Positions 21,183 through 31,107 are shown, counted from the stretch's first letter. The stretch is DNA of 64,000 bases from Bacteroidota bacterium (GCA_020852855.1 JADZAA010000049.1:67449-131448), one strand, 5' to 3'. A program made the numbers and translations. Notes: generated by a model from the sequence alone, not told the origin.

Positions 21183-21437
21183 ATGAAAATAACCGCAAAC
21201 GACGTATTGTTCACGCTTGCAATTTTGTTCGCTGTTTGGTTCACCGTCTTGGGAATTGTATGGGTATACTGGTTCGCACTTATTTTTGCTTATCCTTTCG
21301 GCATTGCCTCGCTCGTTATATGGAGTTATATCAAAAAAGACGGCAAAAAAAGAAATAAAATTATACCTGTAATTCTCATTGTTGGGCTGCTGTGCTCTTT
21401 TTCTTCTTTGGGCTACATATTGATAAGTCAAAATTAA
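21183..21437 (+). CDS. Small 3-TM membrane protein (84 aa) in AT-rich islet 1
   Basis: MKITANDVLFTLAILFAVWFTVLGIVWVYWFALIFAYPFGIASLVIWSYIKKDGKKRNKIIPVILIVGLLCSFSSLGYILISQN. It is hydrophobic, low-GC, and lies directly upstream of the MmeI-like gene. Confidence 0.45.
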   Translation: MKITANDVLFTLAILFAVWFTVLGIVWVYWFALIFAYPFGIASLVIWSYIKKDGKKRNKIIPVILIVGLLCSFSSLGYILISQN

Positions 21438-21566
21438 AATATACGGCAACGATAAAATGTAAAAATCCGCATAATCCGTAATTTTACGTCAATTCTACAA
21501 TAAATTGTCCGCCATTATTACGGCATAAAAAATAATCCCAAACAACTTCTGCAAACAAAACGAATT

Positions 21567-23978
21567 ATGAAGTACCAATACATACGGGAAGAAGAACTCA
21601 AAAACAAGGTATCCCAAGAATACTTCTGGATATATGATTGCAGTAAAATAATTGGTAATGTGGACTTTTGTGTTTGTATGTATCAAAGTCCGATAGAGCA
21701 GTCCGACCACGAATCTTTACTTTGGGCAGAAGCCAAAAAGGGTTCATCGGATATTTATAAATCAATTGTTCAACTAATATTGACAATCGGCAAAGCAAGA
21801 ACTTTCGATAAATTCCTGCCGCCTGCAATGTTGGGTGCATTCGACGGTGAAAAAATCGCCTTCATTGCTTACAATGATATTCACGAAGTTTTTTATATAA
21901 ACGACTTTAATTGGAACGTAACTCCTTCAAATCATAATACAAAAGAGTTCAAATTAATTCATGAAAAAGTTAAAATAATTATTGATAACAATGCCCTTCT
22001 TTTTAACTATATAAAAGATGACCGAGAGCTGAAGAATTTTATTAAAATGAATTTCGCGGTTGGTAAATTCGGCTTGACAAAAACCAAGATTGACAAAAAT
22101 AATTTTATGATTATTTACAATAAGTGGTTGCGGTCGGTTAAACCGACCATTTCCGTAAATTGGGAGGCGGCAAAAAAGAACGGGATTATTGACGGCGATT
22201 TTTATATTGCAGACTTGTTGTCGCAGGAAAATAACACACTTAAAGAAAAACTCTTTGTATTGCTCCGGCACGACCACTATGAACTTGACCGTAAAATTGA
22301 TGAAGCTGGAATGTTCAGCAGCAAAAAAACAGTCTTTACCGATAACCAAATTGCACATACGCAATTCTGGAATAAATACGACCGTCCGCCACAAGAAGAA
22401 TATTGGGATTATATCGTGGAACGACGCGATTTGCTTGTTCCGCAAGACGTAAGAGAACGCAAGGGGAGTTTCTTTACGCCTCAAATATGGGTGGAACTTT
22501 CGCAAAAATATCTGACCGATGTCCTGGGCGAAGAATGGCAAGACGAATATTACGTCTGGGACTGCGCCGCAGGCACAGGAAATCTACTCGCCGGACTTAC
22601 CAATAAATATAATATTTGGGCTTCAACTTTGGATAAACAAGACGTGGAAGTAATGCGCGACCGTATTAAAAACGGCGCGAACTTATTAGATGACCACGTT
22701 TTTCAGTTTGATTTTTTGAATGATGATTTCAGTAAATTGCCAAAGCCGTTGCAAGACATTATCAATAACCCAAAGAAGAGAAAAAAATTAGTGATTTATA
22801 TCAATCCGCCCTATGCGGAAGGTGATAATGTTAGGGGAATTGGAAGAAAAAACGTTCACATCAGCAAAATACGCAGTAAGTATCAATTTCTAATGGGTAA
22901 AGCAAGTAGTGAAATATTTGCCCAATTTTTCACAAGGATATATCAAGAAATTCCTAACAGTGTGCTTGCAGAGTTTTCAAAGTTGAAAATTCTGCAAGCA
23001 CCAAATTACTCGGATTTCCGAAATTTCTTTCGAGCCAAGCTCGAAAAATCTTTTGTTGTTCCTGCGGACACCTTCGATAATGTAAAAGGAGATTTTCCAA
23101 TTGGTTTTTTTATTTGGAATTTGGACGAAAATGAAGTGTTTGAACAATCAATTATAGACGTTTACGATGCAAAAGGAAAATTTATTAATTCAAAAACTAT
23201 TACATCATATGACAATTCAAAATACATCAGCGACTGGCTTGAAAATTATTCAAGAAAGATTTCTATCAACTATATTGGTCATATGGCTTCCGTTGGTAAC
23301 GACTTCCAGAACCAACGAATGATTTTTATAGATAATAAAGAGAAAGGTAATTGGAAGAAAGGCGGTAGGCACACAAGAATTACAGCAGAAAATTTAATGT
23401 ACGTTTCAATTTATTTTTCAATTCGCAAAGTAGTCGAAGCGACTTGGCTGAACGACCGAGACCAATTTTTATTTCCGAACAATAAATGGGAAACAGACAA
23501 AGAATTTCAAAATGACTGTTTGACATTTACGATTTTCAGTAATAATATTCAGAGCAAATACGGTGTAAATCATTGGATACCGTTTGCAGAGCAAGAGATA
23601 AACGCAAGGGAAAAATTTGACAGTAATTTTATGAGTAATTTCATCGGCGGCAAGCTAAAATCGGCAGGCAACTGCGATTTATTCGACAATCAAACTCGGA
23701 GAACCGCGCCTCTGGTATTTTCGCCGGAAGCAACCGCCGTTTTTGATGCCGGGCGTGAGTTTTGGAAATATTATCACAAGCAACCGAACTGCAATGTAAA
23801 TGCGTCGCTTTACGACATAAGAGAACATTTTCAAGGCAGGAATGAAGCGGGAAAAATGAATAATAAAAGTTTGGACGAAGCATATACGGATTTAATCGGT
23901 AACCTGAGAGAAAAACTGCGGCAACTTGCCGAAAAGATTGAACCGAAAGTGTACGAATACGAATTTTTGAGACAATGA
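21567..23978 (+). CDS. Single-chain Type IIL/IIG (MmeI-like) restriction-modification enzyme candidate. The N-terminus has a PD-ExK nuclease-like motif, followed by a gamma-class N6-adenine DNA methyltransferase and a C-terminal TRD-like region.
   Basis: 803 aa. The N-terminal ...SDHESLLWAEAKKG... gives D47-x7-E55-x-K57. This parallels the MmeI endonuclease motif recalled from memory as VDLFWPGILLIEMKSRG. The MTase motifs are GSFFTPQIW, WDCAAGTGNLLAG (motif I) and VIYINPPYAEG (motif IV). About 280 aa lie after the MTase core. The gene is about 36-38% GC against about 50% for its neighbours. Confidence 0.65.
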   Translation: MKYQYIREEELKNKVSQEYFWIYDCSKIIGNVDFCVCMYQSPIEQSDHESLLWAEAKKGSSDIYKSIVQLILTIGKARTFDKFLPPAMLGAFDGEKIAFIAYNDIHEVFYINDFNWNVTPSNHNTKEFKLIHEKVKIIIDNNALLFNYIKDDRELKNFIKMNFAVGKFGLTKTKIDKNNFMIIYNKWLRSVKPTISVNWEAAKKNGIIDGDFYIADLLSQENNTLKEKLFVLLRHDHYELDRKIDEAGMFSSKKTVFTDNQIAHTQFWNKYDRPPQEEYWDYIVERRDLLVPQDVRERKGSFFTPQIWVELSQKYLTDVLGEEWQDEYYVWDCAAGTGNLLAGLTNKYNIWASTLDKQDVEVMRDRIKNGANLLDDHVFQFDFLNDDFSKLPKPLQDIINNPKKRKKLVIYINPPYAEGDNVRGIGRKNVHISKIRSKYQFLMGKASSEIFAQFFTRIYQEIPNSVLAEFSKLKILQAPNYSDFRNFFRAKLEKSFVVPADTFDNVKGDFPIGFFIWNLDENEVFEQSIIDVYDAKGKFINSKTITSYDNSKYISDWLENYSRKISINYIGHMASVGNDFQNQRMIFIDNKEKGNWKKGGRHTRITAENLMYVSIYFSIRKVVEATWLNDRDQFLFPNNKWETDKEFQNDCLTFTIFSNNIQSKYGVNHWIPFAEQEINAREKFDSNFMSNFIGGKLKSAGNCDLFDNQTRRTAPLVFSPEATAVFDAGREFWKYYHKQPNCNVNASLYDIREHFQGRNEAGKMNNKSLDEAYTDLIGNLREKLRQLAEKIEPKVYEYEFLRQ

Positions 23979-24328
23979 ACATGTTCGGTATTATATCTTT
24001 AGTAAATAATTCAAATAAAAGTACAGATTAGAGCATCTGAATCTGTATAATCTACATTTTAAGTGTAGATATGCCGGACAAATGTATAACCTATGCAGTC
24101 AGACACAATTTATCGGCAGCAAAAGAAATAGTTTATTTATTTGTATTATCTGTCGTTATTGCCGTAAAAATGTGCTATATTTGAGGAAACCGTCTTTTTA
24201 AAAACCGTTTGCGCGGCGGAATTAACGAAGCGGCAACGGCAAATTATACGAGTATCCGGTCGTAGAATCACTTTCAAGCTCGGAATTTATTTTTATCAAG
24301 CGTAAAGTGAAATTTCAATAGAGATATT

Positions 24329-25078
24329 ATGCCTTCTGTTGATAATAATACGATACGCACGGCTATTGTTAATCTGACGATAATGGGGAAGCGAGTTAAG
24401 GTCGAGATTCCCGTACCGGAGGGTTTCGTGCGTCCGACGGCATTATTGCCTATATTTTATAATCTTGCGGACATTGCAGCTGACATTGCCGTGGACGCGG
24501 CGCAAAAGCAGGGGCGCAATCTGTCTTGCAAAAAGGGGTGTGGCGCGTGTTGCAGGCAATTAGTTCCTATTTCCGAAGCAGAGAAGCATAGATTGCGCGA
24601 TGTTGTTTCGTCAATGCCCGAGCCGGTGCAAACGAAAATCCGCAACCGATTTACCGCAATCGAGCGGCGGTTAGAGTCGGAGAAAATGCTTGAATCACTT
24701 TTAGATATAACGAACTTAGACGTTGAAACGCGCCATTCTCTCGGGCGTGATTATTTCCGGCTGGGTATGCCCTGTCCGTTTTTGGAGGACGAATCTTGTT
24801 CCATTCATTCGGAGCGTCCTGCTTCTTGTCGTGAATACGTGGTCAGTTCGCCGGCCGAGAATTGTGCGCAACCCACGGCTGAAAACATCGAAAAAATTTC
24901 CGTTCCGGCGGCGGCCTCCGGCGCTGCTTACGGAATAGGCCTGAAAATAGGAGAGAAGCCGCGAATACTGCCGCTTTCTTTGGCAATGTTCAAAGCCGAA
25001 GCGGATACGGAAATGTTGCCTATAAATACCGCCGATACGCTTGAAAAGGCGTTCCGCTCTTTGGGGGCGAGTCGTTAG
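24329..25078 (+). CDS. YkgJ-family zinc/iron-chelating (CxxCxxCC) domain protein
   Basis: CKKGCGACCRQLVPIS is followed by downstream CPFL...C..H...C, typical of UPF0153/YkgJ. Confidence 0.65.
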   Translation: MPSVDNNTIRTAIVNLTIMGKRVKVEIPVPEGFVRPTALLPIFYNLADIAADIAVDAAQKQGRNLSCKKGCGACCRQLVPISEAEKHRLRDVVSSMPEPVQTKIRNRFTAIERRLESEKMLESLLDITNLDVETRHSLGRDYFRLGMPCPFLEDESCSIHSERPASCREYVVSSPAENCAQPTAENIEKISVPAAASGAAYGIGLKIGEKPRILPLSLAMFKAEADTEMLPINTADTLEKAFRSLGASR

Positions 25079-25266
25079 GCGAATAATTATCGGTGAAGCG
25101 GCAAAAATACGGAGGCGGCAGAAATAAAATACCGCATAATCAAGTAAAATTCAGCACAAGCATTCCGCCCGTGTGCAATATTTTCAATTTAACTTATCAA
25201 GCCTGTTAAAGGCTGCTATCTATAATTCCGCAACTGTTTTTACAACACTTATATCTGATTATTTCC

Positions 25267-26766
25267 ATGCAGAACAGCCGTCCGGAAGAAGAACCGTTCG
25301 ATAGAAATAAACGTCGCATAAATACACCTCCGATTGAACCCCAGGAAGAAACAAACGAATTTGACGATAATTTCGGCAACCGTGTACAAAACTATAACGA
25401 GAACGGCGAGTATCGTTTCGGCAATCGAAACCGTTCGCACGGAAACGGTCGCGAGCGTCGTTTTTCGCAACAACCGCCTTATTACAAGCCTTATAATGGG
25501 GGGCGGCAAGACAGTATAAGCAGAAATAAAGATTCATACAGCGGATATAAAAATGCCAAAAGCGGTTACGGCAATCAAGCGGGCGCAGAACATTCGCGGT
25601 ATAACGGTACGGTAAATCGCAACCAATCGCCTCAACGTTTCGATAGGCAGAGAAATGATAGTCAGGCGAGCGGTAATCGCCCGAATCCCAATTCAAGCAA
25701 TCCGTATCGCACCGCAAATTCACCGGAGAGGCGCGATCTGCATGTGCAACGCATTTATAGGCATAGGCGGAATTCCGAGTCACCGAACGCTGCGGATCGC
25801 ACGGGCTTTCGCACGCAATACGCTAAAGATACAAACAGGCCGTATAAAAGCAGATTAGACAATAATCGTTTCGATAAAGCCCAATCTCCTAAAATCGGTA
25901 TTAAAAGAAGAAGCGATAAAAAGAAAACTCCGCGCCCGACAAATTTAATGAAAACATTGCGTCGTTTGGACTTTGCTTCGCCCAAAATATTGGAACAAGC
26001 ATTGCGCTCAGGCGTTATTGCAATCAACGGGCAAACTATTGACAACCGAAATATATCGATAGACAAGAAAAAAGACGTTATATCGGTGTATGGCCGCGAG
26101 TTGCGCGCAAAGCAGGAAAATATTTACGTAATTATGAACAAAGCGCGTTGCGTTGCGGGCTCGGACGAGAAATCGCGTGCAACCATATATCAAAACTTCT
26201 ACTGTAATCATCGGTGGTTCTTCCCGGTAGGTTGCCTTGATAAAACCGCATCCGGCATTATTATACTAACTACCGACAAACGGCATCACTCGCACGATAC
26301 TTCGCCTATTGCTTCGTTAGAAAAAGAATACTATTGCAAAATTCACAAGGTACTTTCTGTAGAGGAAATTGCCGGCTTGCAAAAATTCCTTGACGAAATA
26401 TTAAGTGAAGATGTAGAAATGTTTGCTGTTCGGCGGAATGCCCGCAACATGATTATTTCTGTTACCGTAACCCGTACACCGCCGACGGCACTACGCGTTG
26501 CACTGAAGCGATTCGGTATAGAAATATTGTCGTTCTATCGTCACCGTGTAGGTACGTTTACAACAGACGATATTCCCGCCGGTGCTTGGCGCAGGCTTGT
26601 GCAGGAGGAGGTCGACACTTTGAATGAGTTGGCAGAATTTTCGGCACAGCGAAAGCGCGGCGTATCGAGCGGCGAAGATAATGGCGCAGACTTGCGGCAA
26701 TATCAAACGTCGGTATCGTTAAAGGAAAAAATGCAGTCGCTTTATCGGCATATTTTCAAAAGCTGA
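25267..26766 (+). CDS. RluB/RsuA-family pseudouridine synthase with a ~230-aa low-complexity R/N/G/S/Y-rich N-terminal extension
   Basis: The C-terminal half has an S4 domain (LMKTLRRLDFASPKILEQALRSGVIAINGQTI) and a catalytic region (IYVIMNKARC...PVGCLDKTASGIIILTTD). The N-terminal half is repetitive (NRNRSHGNGRERR..., GYKNAKSGYGNQ...). Confidence 0.65.
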   Translation: MQNSRPEEEPFDRNKRRINTPPIEPQEETNEFDDNFGNRVQNYNENGEYRFGNRNRSHGNGRERRFSQQPPYYKPYNGGRQDSISRNKDSYSGYKNAKSGYGNQAGAEHSRYNGTVNRNQSPQRFDRQRNDSQASGNRPNPNSSNPYRTANSPERRDLHVQRIYRHRRNSESPNAADRTGFRTQYAKDTNRPYKSRLDNNRFDKAQSPKIGIKRRSDKKKTPRPTNLMKTLRRLDFASPKILEQALRSGVIAINGQTIDNRNISIDKKKDVISVYGRELRAKQENIYVIMNKARCVAGSDEKSRATIYQNFYCNHRWFFPVGCLDKTASGIIILTTDKRHHSHDTSPIASLEKEYYCKIHKVLSVEEIAGLQKFLDEILSEDVEMFAVRRNARNMIISVTVTRTPPTALRVALKRFGIEILSFYRHRVGTFTTDDIPAGAWRRLVQEEVDTLNELAEFSAQRKRGVSSGEDNGADLRQYQTSVSLKEKMQSLYRHIFKS

Positions 26767-26772
26767 TGCCGC

Positions 26773-27498
26773 ATGACGTATTTTTTTTCCGACGTTCATC
26801 TTGGTTATTATATCCGCAGCGCAGACCGTCGGCGCGAAGATATGTTAATTCAATTTCTTGAGCATATATCGCAAGATGCCGAGAAAATTTATATAGTCGG
26901 CGATTTGTTCGATTATTGGTTCGAATACAACACCGTTATTCCGAAATACTTCTATCGCTCTGTTGCAGCAATGGAACGAATTGTACGTTCCGGAACAAAA
27001 ATAGAATATCTTATGGGAAATCATGATTTCGGGCACCAGCGATTCTTTGCCGAAGAGATTGGAATTACCATAGAGCGTGGCGATATAGAGTGCGAAATAG
27101 GCAATAAGCGCTTTTTTATAGCGCATGGCGACGGTAAAGTAAAAAATGACGGCGGCTATTTAATTTTGAGAGCAATTCTGCGGAATAAACTCTCGATAAA
27201 ACTTTTTCAGTGGTTGCATCCCGATGTCGGAATATGGTTGGCCTCGCGTTCGTCGCGTGCAAGCAGAAGATACACCGATGCCAAAGAATTCGGCACAGAA
27301 GACGGGCTTTCGGAATTTGCCGCAAAAAAAATAACGGAAGGATTCGACTACGTGATTATGGGGCATCGTCATCATGCCGGAAAATACAGGCTTGGCAATG
27401 GCTGGTATTTGAACTTGGGACATTGGCTCGGCAATGCGCCGCCCACTTATGCACGGTTCGACGGGAGCGATGTCGAACTGCTGGATTATACACGGTAA
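26773..27498 (+). CDS. UDP-2,3-diacylglucosamine hydrolase-like calcineurin-type metallophosphoesterase (LpxH family)
   Basis: The motifs are FFSDVHLG, YIVGDLFDYWFEY, GNHDF and HGDG. Confidence 0.7.
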   Translation: MTYFFSDVHLGYYIRSADRRREDMLIQFLEHISQDAEKIYIVGDLFDYWFEYNTVIPKYFYRSVAAMERIVRSGTKIEYLMGNHDFGHQRFFAEEIGITIERGDIECEIGNKRFFIAHGDGKVKNDGGYLILRAILRNKLSIKLFQWLHPDVGIWLASRSSRASRRYTDAKEFGTEDGLSEFAAKKITEGFDYVIMGHRHHAGKYRLGNGWYLNLGHWLGNAPPTYARFDGSDVELLDYTR

Positions 27499-27565
27499 AT
27501 ATGGTTTTTTTGCAAAAAAACAGACGCATCCGAAATTTTTATTTTGTTGTTTTGAAAAAAAGTCG

Positions 27566-27573
27566 TATTTTTG
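27566..27573 (+). promoter_or_regulatory. Candidate Bacteroidota sigma-A -7 element (TAnnTTTG) upstream of tRNA-Val
   Basis: TATTTTTG lies about 18 nt upstream of the tRNA 5' end. A TTTG sits about 19 nt further upstream at 27543-27546. Confidence 0.3.
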
Positions 27574-27591
27574 CTTCTCTTAACGACGTGA

Positions 27592-27666
27592 GGGCGGTTA
27601 GCTCAGCTGGTTCAGAGCGCCTGCCTTACAAGCAGGATGTCGGGGGTTCAAATCCCTCACCGCCCA
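27592..27666 (+). tRNA. tRNA-Val (anticodon TAC)
   Basis: GGGCGGTTAGCTCAGCTGGTTCAGAGCGCCTGCCTTACAAGCAGGATGTCGGGGGTTCAAATCCCTCACCGCCCA. The acceptor stem is GGGCGGT/ACCGCCC and the anticodon loop is CTTACAA. Confidence 0.85.
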
Positions 27667-27957
27667 CGGAGAAAAGCCCTGAATTGTCGAAATTTAGGGC
27701 TTTTTCTTTGTTATAATTTGCAGGTGTTTCCAATATACTTGCAACTTTTTGCTTCTATTCTCATGTTGAATTTTACTGCCGGGAAACAGATACTGCTACA
27801 ATAAGTGCGGTGCAATCTCAAAACTCGGTATGTTCAAGCAATTCTTTCCCTATCCCTATATAATTACGAAAAAAGCGGTGCATTGCAACGATAAATCGCT
27901 TCGGGCGCAAATCCGTATATTTGCAATTGCGGTGCTTAGTTTTCTTGTCTTTTTTAT

Positions 27958-30156
27958 ATGAACCGACCGATACGGCCTGCTTCCGAGATAATCATCTTGT
28001 TTATTTGCTTGGCATTAAGTATTGTGCCGTTGCCTGCGCTTGCGCAAGGTGTGCCGCCGGGACCAGAGCAATACGCCGTTCCGCGTACACCGCTCTGGAT
28101 AGGCTTCGGTGCCGGAGTTAATTTCCTGCAATTTTCAACCGACGGTAATCTTCGTTGTCTTTCCGACCCGACCTGCCCATCTTACAACGGATCCGGAGTC
28201 GTTGCTCCGTCTTTCGGTGCTTCGCTCGATTGGCGGCTGTCGGATGGCTTCGGATTATTGTTGCGCACGAATTACAACCTTGCGAAAGTATCGCTTTCCG
28301 CCGACGACGACCGCGCTCGCGTTTTGGACGCATCGGGAAATATTGTACCGTTGGTACGCCGACATTCTTTGCAAATATCTGCACCGTATATAAGCGTTGA
28401 TTTGTTGGCAAATATTATCGGCGGTAAATTCCGCGTATTCGGCGGTGGCGAAGTCGGATTGTTGCTTTCGCCTATGTGGGAATCGTCGTCTGCAATTCTT
28501 TCGCCGGGTAATGTAACATTTGGTAATAATCGGCGCGACACTATGTTCCTGCCGCAAAGTGCAATATTCGACGTTGCAACATTCCAGCCCAAAATAACAG
28601 TAGGTATCGGATACGATTTTTATCTTTCTTCAAAATTGCTTGTTACGCCGGAATTGCACGGCGCATTGCCGCTTACCGCCATAGTAGAAACGGGCAATCT
28701 TCGCATGGCTACGGTCGGACTTAGCACATCTTTACGATTTGGCTGCGGACTCGTGAAAATTGAAGAAAAACTTTATCACCGTCTGTTCGATACAATTACT
28801 ATAGAAAATCCGGCAATTGCGGGAAATCGCTTTTCGTTCGGAAAAAATATAGTTCAACTCGATGTTGTGGAAACTGATACCAAGCGTATTATTACAGAAA
28901 CGACAATGCGTCGAGATACATTGATTTTGGGAATGAAAAAAAAAGTCGAGCCGCCTAAGCCCATAGACCCGGTTGCATCGTTCGAGGTTCGGGCAATGGG
29001 AACGGTCAGCCCGAAATCGCCGTTAAAAGAATTTGTGGTGCGCGGGCGTTATGCAACCGAGGCTTTTCCGCTGTTGCCTATGATATTTTTCGATAAAAAT
29101 TCTTCGTCGCCGGCCGCCCGTTATCATTTACTTGCATCGTCCGACGGATTTTCGGAAGATAATTTATTGCCAAGCGTACTCGAGCAGCATCGTGATATTT
29201 TGAATATTGTGGGACAACGAATGCGCGATAATCCGAAAACTGCTATCAGATTGCGGGGTACGGCCGACGGGACCACAGAAAATGCGGATTGCCAATTGGC
29301 GGAAGCCCGCGCACGTTCCATACAGGATTATTTAGTTTCAACGTGGGGCGTTTCGGAAGAACGTATAAAAATTACGCGCTCACGCCGTAAATGCGAGCCG
29401 GAAACGCCTACTATGTCGGCAGTAGAAGCCGGTTATGCCGAAAATCGTCGCGTAGAAATCGAATCCGACGACGACGAAACACTTCTTGCGCCTGTTCTGC
29501 GAAAAAAGTATATTGAACTTACGGGAATTGAGCCGCAAAGAATCGAAATAGACCCTTCGGGCAGCACGGCAGGCAAATTTCAATCTTGGAGCGCGACCGT
29601 GCGCTATCGTCAAATGCAAGCAGGCGCGGAAAGCGGAACCGGCCGGCCTACAGCAAAACAATTTACCGTTACGGATGATATTGCACAAGCCATGCACTCT
29701 GGCGCAGAGGCTGTAACCGTTGATGTTTTGCTTTCGATAACCGATGCTGACGGACGAACCGCCAAACAAGAGACGGAAATACCGGTACGACGTGATACGC
29801 TTAGGCAGGAGATAGACAGATTATCGCTTATGCACTTTCAGGTGTTAAAAGACAAACTCAATAGAACGGCAAAGGCGGCCGTTAAGCGTTTTGTAACCGG
29901 TCTGAACGATGAAGCGACGGTAAGCGTTGTGGGCTATACGGATAATCTCGGCGACCCGAGTCTGAACGCCAAATTATCGAGCGGACGTGCCGAAGAAGTA
30001 ACAAATTATATCAAACATTTAAAGCCGTCGGTTAATATAATTCGCAGTGAAGGAGTCGCGGCAACTAAATTTCCGCCCGGGATATTGTCGCATGATTTGC
30101 CGGAATCGCGTATTCTCAGCCGCACGGTACAAATTGAAATTATACGCAATCAATAG
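27958..30156 (+). CDS. OmpA-family protein: N-terminal membrane beta-barrel-like region plus two C-terminal OmpA-like peptidoglycan-binding domains
   Basis: A signal peptide is present. The two OmpA-C-like segments are NPKTAIRLRGTADGT...ARARSIQDYLVS...NRRVEIE and VSVVGYTDNLGDPSLNAKLSSGRAEEVTNYI. Confidence 0.7.
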   Translation: MNRPIRPASEIIILFICLALSIVPLPALAQGVPPGPEQYAVPRTPLWIGFGAGVNFLQFSTDGNLRCLSDPTCPSYNGSGVVAPSFGASLDWRLSDGFGLLLRTNYNLAKVSLSADDDRARVLDASGNIVPLVRRHSLQISAPYISVDLLANIIGGKFRVFGGGEVGLLLSPMWESSSAILSPGNVTFGNNRRDTMFLPQSAIFDVATFQPKITVGIGYDFYLSSKLLVTPELHGALPLTAIVETGNLRMATVGLSTSLRFGCGLVKIEEKLYHRLFDTITIENPAIAGNRFSFGKNIVQLDVVETDTKRIITETTMRRDTLILGMKKKVEPPKPIDPVASFEVRAMGTVSPKSPLKEFVVRGRYATEAFPLLPMIFFDKNSSSPAARYHLLASSDGFSEDNLLPSVLEQHRDILNIVGQRMRDNPKTAIRLRGTADGTTENADCQLAEARARSIQDYLVSTWGVSEERIKITRSRRKCEPETPTMSAVEAGYAENRRVEIESDDDETLLAPVLRKKYIELTGIEPQRIEIDPSGSTAGKFQSWSATVRYRQMQAGAESGTGRPTAKQFTVTDDIAQAMHSGAEAVTVDVLLSITDADGRTAKQETEIPVRRDTLRQEIDRLSLMHFQVLKDKLNRTAKAAVKRFVTGLNDEATVSVVGYTDNLGDPSLNAKLSSGRAEEVTNYIKHLKPSVNIIRSEGVAATKFPPGILSHDLPESRILSRTVQIEIIRNQ

Positions 30157-30256
30157 CGCGTATTTCCGAAGGCACCGCGAAAATCACGGGTACGATACAA
30201 TCTCTGCGATGAAGTGTGCGATTTATACAATAGGATACAAAACCAGATGCACCGCG

Positions 30257-30601
30257 CTAATATTCTAAGTTGCTAAGCGCAAGTTTTGTTCGTTTTTCTT
30301 CGATATGGCGCAATTTTACTCCTACAGCCTCGCCAAGATTGATTCCGCGTGCGTTGGCGTAATTGCAAAGGGCGATAAGAACATCTGCCGCTTCTTCGGC
30401 AAGACGTTCCGAAGAAACATCTTTGCCTTTCCATTGTTTTTTTTCGAGATTGGCAAGCTCGCCCGTTTCGCCGCATAGTTCCAAACAGAAAAACTCGGGA
30501 GAGCGGTTGGGAAAGTAAGAAGTTTGATAACGGTCGAATTCGCGTTGAATAGCCGGAAAAAGTTCCTCGACCGCTTCGATAAGATGTTTGACAGGGCGCA
30601 T
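30257..30601 (-). CDS. MazG-like nucleotide pyrophosphohydrolase domain protein
   Basis: 114 aa, all-alpha. LCGETGELANLEKK...EEAADVLIAL matches the NTP-PPase EExxE/D metal-binding pattern. Confidence 0.6.
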   Translation of the reverse strand: MRPVKHLIEAVEELFPAIQREFDRYQTSYFPNRSPEFFCLELCGETGELANLEKKQWKGKDVSSERLAEEAADVLIALCNYANARGINLGEAVGVKLRHIEEKRTKLALSNLEY

Positions 30602-30982
30602 CGGAGAGTTACGCTGTTTGCTGATAAAATTTATTTATACGCAAGGCTTCCAATCGTATGTAAAGTACAAAATTACGAGATTTTATTACATGATGTTCGT
30701 ATTTGCAAAAATGACAAAAAAATAATTATATGGTATTCGGCATTTATGCAATCTGAGTATTGTAGAATTATATAACAGGTTGTCGGTTGCGTTGAATTGC
30801 TACTATTGGCAATCAAATATATCGGCGGATTGTTTGTTACATCGTCGGCTGTATCGTGCGATTGCTTTATAAACCTTGTCGGTTTTATTGGAAAATCGTG
30901 TTTGCGGCCGGCATTTTTGCTTCAAACGATAAAGATATTTTCAGTTTTCAATATTTTTCATTGATATTTCAGCAAAACAGCG

Positions 30983-30990
30983 TATATTTG
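30983..30990 (+). promoter_or_regulatory. Candidate Bacteroidota -7 promoter element (TAnnTTTG) for the tRNA/secE-nusG-ribosomal protein cluster
   Basis: TATATTTG lies 20 nt upstream of the tRNA-Tyr 5' end. Confidence 0.3.
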
Positions 30991-31010
30991 CAAACTCTAA
31001 ACCAAAGAAC

Positions 31011-31094
31011 GGGCAGGTGGCCGAGTGGTTAATGGCAACAGACTGTAAATCTGTCGTGCGACGCACTACGGAGGTTCGAATCCTTCCCTGCCCA
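31011..31094 (+). tRNA. tRNA-Tyr (anticodon GTA), long variable arm
   Basis: The acceptor stem is GGGCAGG/CCTGCCC, the anticodon loop is CTGTAAA, and the T-loop is TTCGAAT. Confidence 0.85.
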
Positions 31095-31107
31095 CAAGAA
31101 TTGGTTT

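Noticed and set aside
20662-24328. Searched islets 1-3 for integrase, transposase or IS inverted repeats, and for CRISPR arrays
   Set aside because: No tyrosine- or serine-recombinase or DDE transposase motif was found. No array of regularly spaced short repeats was found. The only repeats are the two ~93-bp copies around islet 2. Mobility, if any, is not encoded in this window.
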